Source: Octopus vulgaris
Lineage: Eukaryota
Assembly: GCA_951406725.2 (NCBI GenBank)
Contig: OX597838.1
Span: 5,518,001-5,582,000 of the forward strand
Direction: 5' to 3'
DNA length: 64,000 nucleotides
Notes under the pieces: model-generated
Seen by the model: the letters and a program-made list of their open reading frames with translations, nothing else
Told to the model about the DNA's origin: nothing
The model's database searches: none
Part shown: positions 13,381-26,410 of the stretch, one piece after another
How the letters are laid out: each line of letters begins with the position of its first letter
How positions within the stretch are numbered: the first letter of the stretch is position 1
Position numbers and translations under genes: made by a program

Positions 13381-13591
13381 CGTTATGCACACACACACAT
13401 ATATATATATATCATCTATCAATCTATAATCGTACAAAGAACCGCACGTATATGTACGTTTATTTAGGTATGCGCATGTATATGCATATATTCAATTTGA
13501 TGTACACTCGCACACACAGACATAAACGTACACACATTTACATATATACGATATATATTTATATAGATATAGATACACACACATACATATA

Positions 13592-13776
13592 GTAAAACCG
13601 AAAGAAGAACAAACTAAAAAAACGACAACTCGAGGACGTGGTACATGTAAAGTAGTATCAGACGCCTGATGAAGGAAAGTAAGATCGTTTAACGTTTCGT
13701 GCAACGCCCTTCTTCAAAAACAGAAGAAAGTCCAATAGAAGAGAAGATGGAGGTATAAAATCGCCAACGACCTCAT
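13592..13776 (-). mobile_element. PLE pseudo-LTR-like fragment with degenerate HHR-like motif (about 13688-13720), inverted relative to the adjacent PLE
   Basis: Minus strand reads ttTGAAGA-agggcgttgcac-GAAACGTT-aaa; ends in a TA-rich tract. Confidence 0.45.
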
Positions 13777-15470
13777 ATGTGGTACTTATTTAGTTCTATT
13801 ACTAATAAGAGGAGCACTAAGTTTATCCAGTTTGACATTCCTAGTTTTTATTCATCCATCAACCCAATAGTACTTAATAAGGCCCTTTGGCATGCTCATA
13901 AAGCTGCTGTCACCAGGGAAGAAATTAATGTTGTGTTGGCCGCCAGAATATCTATCATAAACTTTGGCAATACGTTGTGGGTCCGTAATGACACACAAGA
14001 TGGTTTTGATGTTACAATGGGAAGTCCTGATTCAGCACAAGCAGCTGATTTAGTCTGTATAAATATACTTTTTGAAATGGCAGAAGAGTTTGCAAACATA
14101 AATGGAGATCTATATAGCGATGATTGTTTACTTTACCTTCAAAATGTTTCCAACCTAAAAGTACAAAAATTTAAGAATAGTTTAGTTAATTTTTATTCAT
14201 TAGAATGTGTGTAAACATCATTTTTGAAGACGCTGTAACGAAGGCCAACATTTTCGATATTACACTTAACTTACACATTAATTCTTACTTCCCATACCAC
14301 AAACTATCGACCAATCTTAAATATATTAGAAAATTCAGTAATCAATCTAGGAACTTAGTTAAGAATATTTCATTTAGATTGTCTAAGTTATCTGCTAGTG
14401 TTGACATTTTCAATGATAAGGTCGAAATTTATAACTCTGCCTTATTTAACGCAGGTTATACGGAGAAAGTTACCTACGTTATTGCCATTCAATCTTGTTC
14501 TACCTTTACTAATAGAGTTATGAAATTTAGTTGTAAGGATATAAACGATTTCAATTTTAATTTATACGCCAACACCAGAAGAAGTGCGATAAACCTTATT
14601 TAACCCCCTATTTTCGTTCTTTCAAATATAGTTACACTAAAAATAAAGTAACTAATAGTAAAACCATTTGGTTACTTATTCCTTATGGGAGACAAATTAA
14701 ACCTAATCTTCCTTTTCAGTTTCGTGAAGCTATTAGGAATTTCCAAAGAATTCTAGGTATTAATCTATTATCAGCTCACACACGGTTAGGGTTGGTTTTT
14801 TTTTTCAACATAAAATCTCTTACAAATTATCTCTTCACATAATATTAGCCTATTAAATAGTGATAGATGTACTAATACTAACATTAATTTACCTAATACC
14901 ATCCATCCCCCTAGAAATATTAATAACAAGGTTATAGTATCTGACATCAATTACAACAGAATAAAGTTTGTCAAGTAACTCTAAAATTAAAAATTTTATA
15001 TACCGGTGTAAAATTACTTCTGGTAATGAAGTATTTTTTTAATATAGGCAGTTCATCATCTCAGTTATCTAAAAGAATATCTAATCATTACTCTACATTT
15101 GGGAATATGAATAAACGTAACAGTACAGGGCTTAGTAAATTAATTTGGTATCTAAAAGACCACAGTAAAAAAATTTAATTTAGACTGGTTGATTCTCACA
15201 ATTTCGATACCTTATTATAGAGGCAAGATATTCTGTCTTCGCTGTAATTCTGAACTATTTGTTATTTATTTCATTTCTAATAATCCTCTTGTAAACACGG
15301 TTACAGAGTGTGCATACCGTTATAAACATTGGTAGAAATACACCTTTAGTTCATATAAGTGATATCTATCATTATATATAATTTAAATATTATATATTAT
15401 TTAAACTGGTGATATCTTCGAAACATGTGTCGGAAGTAAAGGAATTTGAATATCACCTGCGTTTAAATCC
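13777..15470 (+). mobile_element. Penelope-like retroelement, 5'-truncated and inactive: RT plus C-terminal GIY-YIG endonuclease plus 3' pseudo-LTR
   Basis: RT motifs FIQFDIPSFYSSI, FDVTMGSPDSAQAADLV, LYSDDCL, IFDITLNL..YFPYHK, FRLSKLS..YNSALFNAGY. Endonuclease about 14995-15362: FIYRCKITSGNEVFF/IGSSSSQLSKRISNHYSTF..TGLSKLIWYLK..FCLRCNSE; TGA at 15360-15362. HHR-like CTGGTGA..GAAACATGTGTC at 15406-15431, then (TA)n. Several frameshifts and stops. Confidence 0.9.
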
Positions 15471-15609
15471 ATTTATATATATATATATATATCTTATGCC
15501 AAATATTTCACGTAAACCCGGAGTTTCTACCTTTAAAAGCAAGGAGTTACAACCTTTTTACTTGTGTGTTTTTTTTGTTACACTGCTATCTATCTATCTA
15601 TCTATCTAA

Positions 15610-15652
<43 letters not shown>

Positions 15653-15773
15653 TCCATCTATCGTTTTATTTATATATATATATGCGTATATGTATCAAAA
15701 TATGTGTGCGTGTTTGTACATACAAATTCTATAGTGGGTACATGTTTTTATCATGTAGCGTAGAAGTAATACA

Positions 15774-15859
<86 letters not shown>

Positions 15860-16403
15860 GTTTGTGTATAGGATATACTTTCAGGGTAACTTATTCTTTT
15901 CTTTCCTGATTCTCAGAATTTAAACCTAAAAGTTATTCATCATTTTGAATGTCATAGCAGTCGATTCTTGTCAGGTTATTCCTTTCTAGACACAAGATTG
16001 TCTACGCTTCATTTCGCCTACAATTTCACGCTTGAAATCCATTGCATACCAAATAATATTCTCGATTGTTTTCGCCATGTCACCGTATTGTATTTGAGAC
16101 ATATTTTCTCCGAGCTTCCTCAATCGTATGTCTACACTATTCCATATTGTGCAAACGGTAGCAATTTCCTCGGTTTATTGAAAGGTTAGCATTACATAAC
16201 TTTTATTAGACAAAGTGCAATCTAACAAAAATTACTTAATGTGCTGCGGCGGGTAACCTTTCAAATATTTATTAGCTTATATCTTTGCTATTCGCTGTTG
16301 TCATTTCGTAGATATTATTAGCGTTACTGCGTAGCTTTCGGCGCAGTTGGTGCAAAGATAAAGAATGGTAGTTCAATTCAGCCTCCTTCACCACATCATC
16401 ACA

Positions 16404-16465
16404 CATCATCATCATCATCATTATCATCGTTATCATCATCAGTTCCATCATCATCCCCGTCGTCG

Positions 16466-16526
<61 letters not shown>

Positions 16527-16718
16527 TACCATCATCATTATCATCATCATTATTATCATAATCTCCGTCATCGTCAACATCATCATCATCATCATCATTA
16601 TCATTATCATCATCATTATCATCATCATTACCACCATCATCTCCGTCGTCGTCGTCATCATCATCATCAACATCACCATCATCATCATCATTACTATCAT
16701 CATCTCCGTCGTCATCAG

Positions 16719-16754
<36 letters not shown>

Positions 16755-16785
16755 CAGTAGCAGCATCATAAATGTAGTCGTCATC
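16404..16785. repeat. Imperfect (CAT)n trinucleotide array with higher-order structure
   Basis: Directly visible; recurring (c/t)ccgtc interruptions at about 16455, 16563, 16641 and 16704. Confidence 0.9.
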
Positions 16786-17169
16786 GTTGTCTTCGCTTCC
16801 TATTCAGCATCCTCATATTATCTCCTTATCCTTCTCCTCATCACCGTCGTTTTTGTCGTTGTTGGTGTTGTTGTTCCCCTTCTTCTTCGCCTTCTCCACT
16901 TTCTTCGTTGTCTTCTTTCATTCACACATAAGCACGCACACACACACACTCACACAGAAACACGAACCCACACAAACGCGAACACTCATTCCCAAATACA
17001 GACTCACACGCAATAACACACACACTCACACACACACAAGCACACGCGCGCACACAAACACGCACACGCGCACTCACCCACACAAACATAAACACTATTC
17101 CAAAGATCTCTCTCACTGCAAGTTGCTTCTGTCACATTGATGCTTTAACCGTTGTATTAATTAGTATTA

Positions 17170-17790
17170 CAAGACAAACAACCATATCTTTGTACATAGA
17201 CGAACTCCAAATCAATGCTGGAACTTATATAAATAATACAAACATCATTGCAGGTAACACACATTCATATCATACCAATGAAATCAATACCAGAGTTGGC
17301 TTAGTAAAGAGGACGCTTTAAGCCGACTTTGATACCTAGATAGGTTTCGGCCAGAATTAGCTTAGGCCGTGACAAACTTAATAGCGCAGGAGAAAAATTA
17401 ACGAAGGGCAATAATATCATACCATGCAAAGAAACGGAGATAATTTTATCAAACACAGACATACATGCATATACTAGGAAATCAATAAAATAGACAATGT
17501 ACAGCATATAAATTGAAAAAAACGAATACGAAGAGGTATTATAGATGCATTAGATTAATACTGAAGACAGAGCTGAATGCACAGAAATATGGTGTAAGGG
17601 GTATCAATATTTAAGATACCCAAATGATGATTTACATTTGTATTATTCACAAATGTAAAGTAAAAGACGTAGGTAGACTAGACAGGAAATCAAATAAAGA
17701 TACGAACTGCATTTAGAATTACTGCACACAAATTCTGATACTGAGGGGGTCTTGTGTCGATGTAATACAAGACGTTATGGGTCGTGTGTA
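17170..17790 (+). mobile_element. R4/Dong-clade non-LTR retrotransposon, heavily decayed RT fragment
   Basis: Ordered motifs SLYIDELQINA (cf. LLYMDDLKLYA), TNEINTRVGLVK (cf. I.M.FGLDKC), YYRCIRLILKTELNA (cf. EYYRRVR.ILKTELNA), VGRLDRK, LHTNSDTE (cf. HPKSD.ER). Confidence 0.65.
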
Positions 17791-17902
17791 AATGAAAATG
17801 TATTGAAAAAGTAACCGTTGTAGAATTAAACTAAATACGTGGCAGAGAATCGTGGAAAATCGATGCAAAAGATGCCAACAGGGAAATAGAAATCAAAACA
17901 TG

Positions 17903-18031
17903 ATAATAAAAACAACAACAACAACAACACGATCACCACCACCAACAACAACAACAATATGAATAACACGAATAACAAGAATAATAACAAGAACAGCGAT
18001 AACAAAAATAATAAGAAGAATAAGAATAACG

Positions 18032-18080
<49 letters not shown>

Positions 18081-18088
18081 TAATAATA
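17903..18088. repeat. (AAC)n/(AAT)n compound microsatellite
   Basis: Directly visible. Confidence 0.9.
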
Positions 18089-18118
18089 AGCTACTTACCA
18101 CACAGCCACTCCTAGGCC

Positions 18119-18197
<79 letters not shown>

Positions 18198-18199
<2 letters not shown>

Positions 18200-18349
18200 A
18201 CGACGGGCTTCATTTATTTCCCGTCTACCAACTCCATTCGCAAGGCTTTGGTCGCCCCGAGGCTATAGTAGAGGACACATGCCCAAGCTGCCACGCAGTG
18301 GTACTGAACCCGGAACCATGTGATTCGTAAGCAAGCTACTTACCACACA
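18198..18349 (-). mobile_element. SINE family C, 5' half; extra 30-bp head fragment at 18088-18118
   Basis: Matches 43982-44131; aagctacttaccacaca occurs twice. Confidence 0.8.
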
Positions 18350-18858
18350 TTATAATAATGATGAAAATGATGATGATGGCAACGACGATAATGAAGACCA
18401 AGATAAAGGAGGAGAGTTGCCAAAATAAAATTAATAATTTATAATAATATCCACAGACAACCTTAGTTTATTTAGTAATTAATGAGCTAAAGCAGAGTAT
18501 AAAATTTTACAAATGGAACAAAAGTTTACCAAGATATATTATATCCTCGTTAAATAAATAAACGAAACTTATCTCAAAGATAAAACAGCAGGTATTCATA
18601 GTCAAAATTTCCTAGTAATAGGTTATTGTTATAATATTCTCACCAGGAGACTAAATGAATTAGCAAAGCTGTATGGGAGAAGAGAAATAATGAAAGTATT
18701 TTTATATAACAGACCACAGAGACACCGACTGACTCTAAAATGTATTTACCCATCAATACAGGGTTTTACAGAGTTACTGTTGCTTTATCGTTTTATGATA
18801 TTTATTGTGTCATTATAAATTATCTCCTAAGAAATATTCAAACGTATGCACACATCAT

Positions 18859-19124
<266 letters not shown>

Positions 19125-19210
19125 CCTCTGTGAGTCTCTGTGTGCATATATTTGTGCGCACGCGTGTGTAACTATGTTTGTGTATGTATTTATATATATG
19201 CACAAACAAC

Positions 19211-19270
<60 letters not shown>

Positions 19271-20210
19271 ACATACATATTCACACTAAATATATATGTG
19301 CGTGTCTCTATGATTGCATATGTATGTGTGAACGAGTGTACATACATAGGCATGTAGGCGAGTAGGTAGATAGATAGAGATAGATTGATAGATAGAATTG
19401 TGAATTTACACACGAAAAAAAGTAGCGCACACGTTGTTTATAGGCAGTTCATCAGAATTCATATTTAAATTCTTTTTTAGAAAAGGAGAATGGAAATATA
19501 ATATTTTTTTTGTCTCTGCATCCTTCTAAATTGAAAAGGAGTGTTTCCATGTTTGTACAAACTTAGGTACACTAATGGTAATAAATAGGAAGACCAAGTA
19601 ACTACAGAATTTGGATTCTGTATCCAAACCACCGAGCAGAGGAATAAATTTTGGGACCTCGTGAGTACGAAATTAACATAGTCATTTGAACATGTGAAAA
19701 TAGACAATAGAATTCTTTATGATGAAATGTGGCATGAAATCGAGAAAATGCCTTTAGAGAGAAATATATTATTATAACCACATAGCTGAAATACTTAATA
19801 TACAGAAATTATTACTGACATGTACAACAGAAAGAGAACTTGTAAATTTCAATAACATGCAAAAGCAAACAAAGCCTGGTACACGAATCTGCTCTCAACT
19901 ATACATTGGAATCACTTGATATCCATAGGTCTATAGGACTACTAAAATATTAATATTAGCTCTAATAAAACCAGTATGCCAAGCATTGAGATTTCAGTTA
20001 TATTGCACACACATGCAATAGAGAAATTAATGCGACTAGGTACATGTTGCGTGGAAATCTCCGAAGATTTGTTCTTAATACAAAAATCAAATCAAATACT
20101 GAAGAGGTTCAAAGCACATAGAAGTGTAATTAGTTGTTGATGAAAAACATCCAATTAATGCTAGACCTACTAACATGGTTATTGGTAATATTGATGAAAA
20201 ATAAAAGCGT

Positions 20211-20550
20211 AGGGCGGAGAGCTGGTAGAACCGACAGCACACCAGCTACAAATGCTTAGCGGCATTTCATCCGTCTTATCGTTCTGAATTCAAATTTTAT
20301 AGAGGTCGACTTTAGCTTTCATCTCTTCCAGGGTCGTTAAAGTAAATACCAGTTGAACTCGGAGTTTAATATAACTGACGTAACATTCTCCCGAGATATT
20401 GCTGGCTTTGTACCAAAAAAATTGATTCCAACGTTGATCCAAAGCCTGACATTTTGTGAGAGATAATAGATTATGTCAGACCGAATACTTGACTCGTAAT
20501 TAAAATTATCGACCCCCGAAAGGTCGGAAGCAAAGTTTATCTTGGTGGGT
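20211..20550. mobile_element. SINE family B copy (+, 20211-20430) and degenerate inverted copy (-, about 20440-20550)
   Basis: ggcggagagctggtagaa..ttctgaattcaaat..gaggtcgactttagctttcatc; then ttatcgacccccgaaagg..gcaaagt in the opposite orientation. Confidence 0.7.
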
Positions 20551-21060
20551 TGCTACTAAACGTCACTGTAATGTGTCGTCATTTTGATGGGTCTCCGTGC
20601 TTCCGCTGTTTACGAGGTCGTTCTATCGATGTTCGCTATAATCATAAATGACAGTAACATGAACAACAACAGCAATGGCAACATAAACTGACAGCTAAAT
20701 TATCACACAATTTCTAATTGTTGTGAACAGGTGGACGATGTTTATGAAGATTCATTTGTAAATACAATATTAACAAGATACAAAAAAATATACAACGGTA
20801 CTCGAAAGTCTAAGATAGTGAAAACTTGGTATAAGCTCTCTCTCTCTCTCACTATTAGTGTTATTTGTTATACGGATGTACTAGCAGACTTGCTATGATG
20901 TAGTATACGTACTGAATCGATTATAACCGCCAACAAAATGCACCTCTTTCAACTGATTAAAAATATTTAAGAAATAAAAATGCAAATAACGCATGTTCAT
21001 CATGGCCTGGCGGATTTGGTAGAGGAAGCTGAAAGAAGACCATTGCATATATATATATGC

Positions 21061-21097
<37 letters not shown>

Positions 21098-21099
21098 CA

Positions 21100-21168
<69 letters not shown>

Positions 21169-21185
21169 GGGTATATATATATATG

Positions 21186-21597
21186 TCTTTATTGCCCACA
21201 GGGGGCTAAACATAGAGGAGACAAGCAATGGCACACAAAGGTATTAAGTCTATTATATCGATCCCAGTGCGTAACTGGTACATATTTGATCGACCCCGAA
21301 AGGATGAAAAGCAAAGTCAACCTCGACAGAATTTGAATTCAGAACGTAGCGGCAGACGAAATGCCTATTTCTTTACTACCCACAAGAGGCTAAACACAGA
21401 AGAGACAAACAAGGACGGACAGACGGATTAAGTCGATTATATCGCCCCCAGTGCGTTACTGGTACTTAATTTATTGACCCCGAAAGGATGAAAGGCAAAG
21501 TTGACCTCGGCGGAATTTGAACTCAGAGCGTAGCGGCAGACGAAATACCCGCCAAGCCTTTCGCCCGCCGTGCTAACGTTTCTGCCAGCTCGCCTCC
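21186..21597 (-). mobile_element. SINE family B tandem dimer (tRNA-derived, Meta-domain-like body)
   Basis: Full unit 21364-21597 plus head-less unit 21186-21363. Body ggtc.actttgcctttcatcctttcggggtc.ataaattaagtacc resembles the MetaSINE central domain. Confidence 0.85.
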
Positions 21598-21689
21598 TTA
21601 TATATGTATATATGTGTGTATGTGTGCGCGTGCGTGTGCGTGCGAGTACGTGCCTTTGCAAGCATGCGTGCCTGTGCATATGTGTGTGA

Positions 21690-21848
21690 ATGTTAACGTT
21701 GCAGTAACCAAGCGCTTCGGCAAAAGAGTCTGATAGAATAATTACCAGTCTTAGCAAAAAGTGTACACTGGGGTTGATCCATTGGACTAGAAATACTTCA
21801 AGGCAGTGCTCCAGTATTGCCGCTGTCTGATAATTGAAACATGACAAA
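21690..21848 (+). mobile_element. SINE family C, 3' half
   Basis: ttcggcaaaagag..gatagaataa..ggcagtgctccag matches about 44230-44370. Confidence 0.7.
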
Positions 21849-23473
21849 ATATATACGGGGATAACGATAAGACTGTCTAAGCCACAGCACGTCATTGTTA
21901 TCACACTTTCGTCCCAGTCATCCATATTTTAGTAATCTTTCAACGCAGATGTCACCAACGTCCAAGATGTCTTGTAACCGTGGTGTTGCAAAATTAAATC
22001 AGATCTTATGTATTTTCATATTGTTTGTAAACGATATTAAAATTTTATCAACTGTGTATACAAATAGACACGAGACATATGACAGGTGGTGTGATATTTA
22101 ATTTTTTAACTATAAATCTTGTTAATTTCCTGTTGCCATCAACATTTATGAATGCGTCACGAAAGGAAGAAAACGTTTAAAGTGTTAGGTGATGTGTAAA
22201 AAATAAAATTTTGAAACTCGGCGTATAATGTAGTACATTCCAGCTGTGACCATCCCACCTTTTTTGGCCAGTATTTAAATATTTTTGTACTACTCAACAA
22301 CTCACTTTTCAATCAGATGTATCTGTGTTCGATCCAGTTACACATACCGTAAGCCAAGAATCTTTAACAATTTTCATATGTAAAACTTTGAAACATACCA
22401 CTCTTAACATACCTAGAATTTAGGTATCGTTTAGGAGCCAGTAATGCGTTATATATGCAAATCAGAATATCCCCTATTCTTAAATCTTTAATAACATTCG
22501 GTTTATAAGTAATATCCAAAAGGATGATTAAAAGGAATGTATATTCATTGAGGAAATCCTAACAGAGACAGAAACCCGTCTGCCTGAGAACATTCGGTTG
22601 GTTTTCTCCGGATACAACTGGTTGTTGCTTACAGTGATGGATAAAATCATTATAGAAATTTACTGAAGTCCAGCAAAATGGCATTATAATATAACAATGT
22701 TAAAGCACAAATAATTTATTAATAGGACCACACCATTTAAGATGTCTTTGTAATTCCTTAAGAGCGCTAAGTGCTATTTGAAGGAGATTTAGCTGCTATA
22801 TATAGCAGGTGGAGTGGCCATAATGAAGATTTCTCGTCGTCGCATTATCAGAACTTGGTTTATTCCATTGTGTGTTGGAGATCGAAAAATTGTTTTGAAT
22901 GCCTTCCTATTAAAAATAAACCAAAAAAAAGAAAAAGCAAGGAAAAGTATGAAAAAAAACAAAGATAAAAACCTGTTAAATGTTAAAAATCACTAAAGCT
23001 CTTTAAAAATCAATGGGTGTATAATAATTTACTTCGTGCTTCCTTAAAAATCTTGAGCCGTGCCTGAAAGGCAGAAATCGATATACAGCAATTTTGGTAA
23101 TGGAGAAGATAGCATTTCCCTAGGATATTTTATATACAAAAACATTGGATAAATTGCAGTGTATCTTATGTCTTATGCGATAAAGCATGCAATCAATATC
23201 GTATTTCGTTACACGGATGCTAAAAATGACATTCAAAACAAAACGTGAAAATACACAAATGCATATATATATCTATGCTAAAGCGTGCATATAAACACGA
23301 TCACATGGACGCCAAACTTTTATATACGCAGAAAGATGTGTGTGCGCGCGTATAATTTTAAACATACTGACAAGCAGAGATGCATATGTATACACCCACA
23401 TATGCATAAAGGCTTACATATAAATGCATGCATAAGTATGTGTATATGTGCGCATATATACATGCATACAGGC

Positions 23474-23511
<38 letters not shown>

Positions 23512-23587
23512 ATATACGTGCATATGCATGACTATATGTTTATGAGTGTTTATACATATACCTAGATATATATATATGTGTGTATAA

Positions 23588-23641
<54 letters not shown>

Positions 23642-23671
23642 TCATATAGGTGTATAAAACACATACAAGAG

Positions 23672-24093
23672 GAGACTGGCATTCACCCATGTATATGTAT
23701 AGCATTCTTTTGGCTCTATGATATTCAGACTAAAAATAAATGTATACCCATGTGTATATATATGGGTATATGTGTATGAGTGTATGTACTTATACATGTA
23801 TTAATACACACAATGACGTATCTATATCTATAAATATAGATACATATACATGGATATGGATATATATATATATATATACACACGCAGAGACTGGAAATCA
23901 CACATGTATATATATTTATATATATATATGCCATTTTCTGGCTCTATGATATTCAAACTAAACATATATGCATAAGCATGTATATATATATGATTATATG
24001 TGTATGAGTGTAGAAACATACACATGTATCGATACACACTGTGATGTATCTATATCTATAAATATTGATACATATACATGCACACATACATGG

Positions 24094-24115
<22 letters not shown>
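23672..24115. repeat. Diverged tandem duplication, period about 215 bp
   Basis: gagactgg..ggctctatgatattca.actaaa..tgtgtatgagtgta..gtatctatatctataaatat.gatacatatacatg appears twice. Confidence 0.85.
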
Positions 24116-24124
<9 letters not shown>

Positions 24125-24634
24125 CACATATGTATATATATATATATACATACACACATGCACATACCCAAATACACACTGACACACAAGCATATACGTA
24201 TGTATCGTTTATGGACTTTCTAAATTACATTATATGAGAACTATATGAGATAAATTTTAAATGCTAGAATTTGTTTACTCTTTCAAGAATTTTTTTGACG
24301 TTGATGTTCATTGGATTAATATAGATTACATTTTGTAGAAAAATCTTTTAATTTCTGATAGATGCCGTCATTCTTAATTTAGGACTTAAGTGCATATAAC
24401 ATTGACATATTGCCTAAGTTTATCTGCCAAGTTGCGTATACTTGTTGTCTCTGTTGTTGTTGTTGTTGTTGTTTAAACTCAGGTGAATTATAATCGACTA
24501 GATCTATGATTAAACGTGTTCGAATCCTCATTTCGTAATTTTGGGAGACATTACATTACGTAATACATACATACATACATACATACATACTTACCTACCA
24601 ACCTACCTACCTACCTACCTACCTACCTACCTAC

Positions 24635-24723
<89 letters not shown>

Positions 24724-24728
24724 CATAT

Positions 24729-24818
24729 TAGTATAGCGCTCAGGAATAGAAAAAGTATTTTACATTTCGAGCCTACGCTCTTCTACAGAAAAGGACACAG
24801 TAAAAACAAGGAGAGAAA
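24729..24818 (-). mobile_element. PLE pseudo-LTR-like fragment with HHR-like motif at 24758-24792 (family H1)
   Basis: Minus strand reads tttt-CTGTAGA-A-gagc-gtag-gctc-GAAATGTA-aaa; lies between microsatellites. Confidence 0.6.
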
Positions 24819-25000
24819 CATGCATACATATACACATACGTACATACGTACATACATACATACAAACATACATACATACATACATACATACCTATAAACA
24901 TACTTACATACATGCATACATACATATATATATACATATACATACATACATATATATATATACATATACATATACATACATATATACATCTCTCTCTCTT

Positions 25001-25044
<44 letters not shown>

Positions 25045-25949
25045 ATACTTGTTATTAGATAGCGGCCATGCTGGTGCATCACCTCGAAGAACTTTAGTTG
25101 AAGGAACTGAGGCCAGTACCTATATTTTTGACGCCCTTGTACTTATTCGTTTTGCTGAACATAAGTTACAGGAAGACAAACTCAACACCGATTGCCAGGT
25201 GTTGAGGGGACAACAAACAGCCTTCCCCATACATCTATATGGCTGGTACCTTTCAATTTCGTGTCACGGCACGAATAATTTTGACCACATGTGGGATCGG
25301 TATCGAGCTGCAGTCAAATGTTAATTGGATTGAACGCAGAATAGAGGAGCAAACACAAAAGAAATATCTACGTTGTTCAACTTGCTAGACATAGCAGCCA
25401 AATCTTCATAAATTAATAATCACTCGCAGCCTTACAAAGTGAATGAAGCTTTAGGAGATAATAATCTTAGATAATCTTAACAACAAGGTTGTTTATAGCT
25501 GGAATGTCTTTAATCAATTGATTCATTAATCAAGGCTTTTCCTGCAGTTAAAGAACACAAACTGCAACACTATCAGAAATTTCGCAAAATAGCCAAATCA
25601 ATTATGTAACCCCAAACAGAAGTATTCATAACACTCAATGACCATAAACACATCTTATTCAACGTTTCAAACTGCATATTAATGAAGGCTGCTTGGAGTG
25701 TGTTAGGCATCATTAGTCACAATTCCTGAACAGAATAAATTACAGCCTATAATTCACCACAAATAAAACATGGGAAAAACAAGACTGTTGCTTTAAATTG
25801 GTTTGATGATGTCGAAAATAAGGATTAATGCAAATTCTTTGAGTTAGTTCGACATCGTAAACCTTTTCTGATTTCTATACAATGATCTCATTGGTAAAAT
25901 GTTACACTTCACCTCAAAAACCACCAACCACCCACAAAAAAAAAGAAGA

Positions 25950-26360
25950 AAATAAAACAAGAATAGTTGATCTTGTCAACAAACTGTCTCATCGCAGAGT
26001 GGAGTATTCTCCATACTCGGGTACGAGGGAATGCGGGGAAGGGAAAATGGACGATGGAAACACTACAATGTCCAGCGTCAAGAAATAATGCTATTTGTCT
26101 TTTTTCTGTTTCTTTTGGTGAATCTGAAGGAAGGATCAAAGCCCATTAAATTTGTGGACCACTGTGACTGGTGGAAATGAGGCTGTTACGTTTCGTTTAA
26201 ACCGTTATAGGTCTACACTTACAAGAAAGTCATGCGCAGGGACGAAATTCCAAAGGGACGATGTTCTAGCGAGAAAAGTACTAGTATCGGTAGTTATTAT
26301 GCAGAAAGTTGGGTGAATGATGCAGCGATTGCAAGATATGGATGGTCGAGTGAGTCTGAC
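25950..26360 (+). mobile_element. Probable L1/Tx1-type LINE ORF2 3' relic
   Basis: RECGEG..T...LQCP (decayed CCHC finger) followed by AESWVNDAAIAR (cf. C-terminal F..RW motif); many disablements. Confidence 0.4.
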
Positions 26361-26410
26361 CACTTTGATTGGTGGAGGAACGAGTCCAAGAATCACAGGT
26401 CATTATAATA

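Noticed and set aside
22770-22850. Short motif gaaggagatttagctgctat..tagcagg (inverted relative at about 25375-25410) as an ncRNA
   Set aside because: Looks like a fragment of an old dispersed repeat; boundaries and class cannot be defined.
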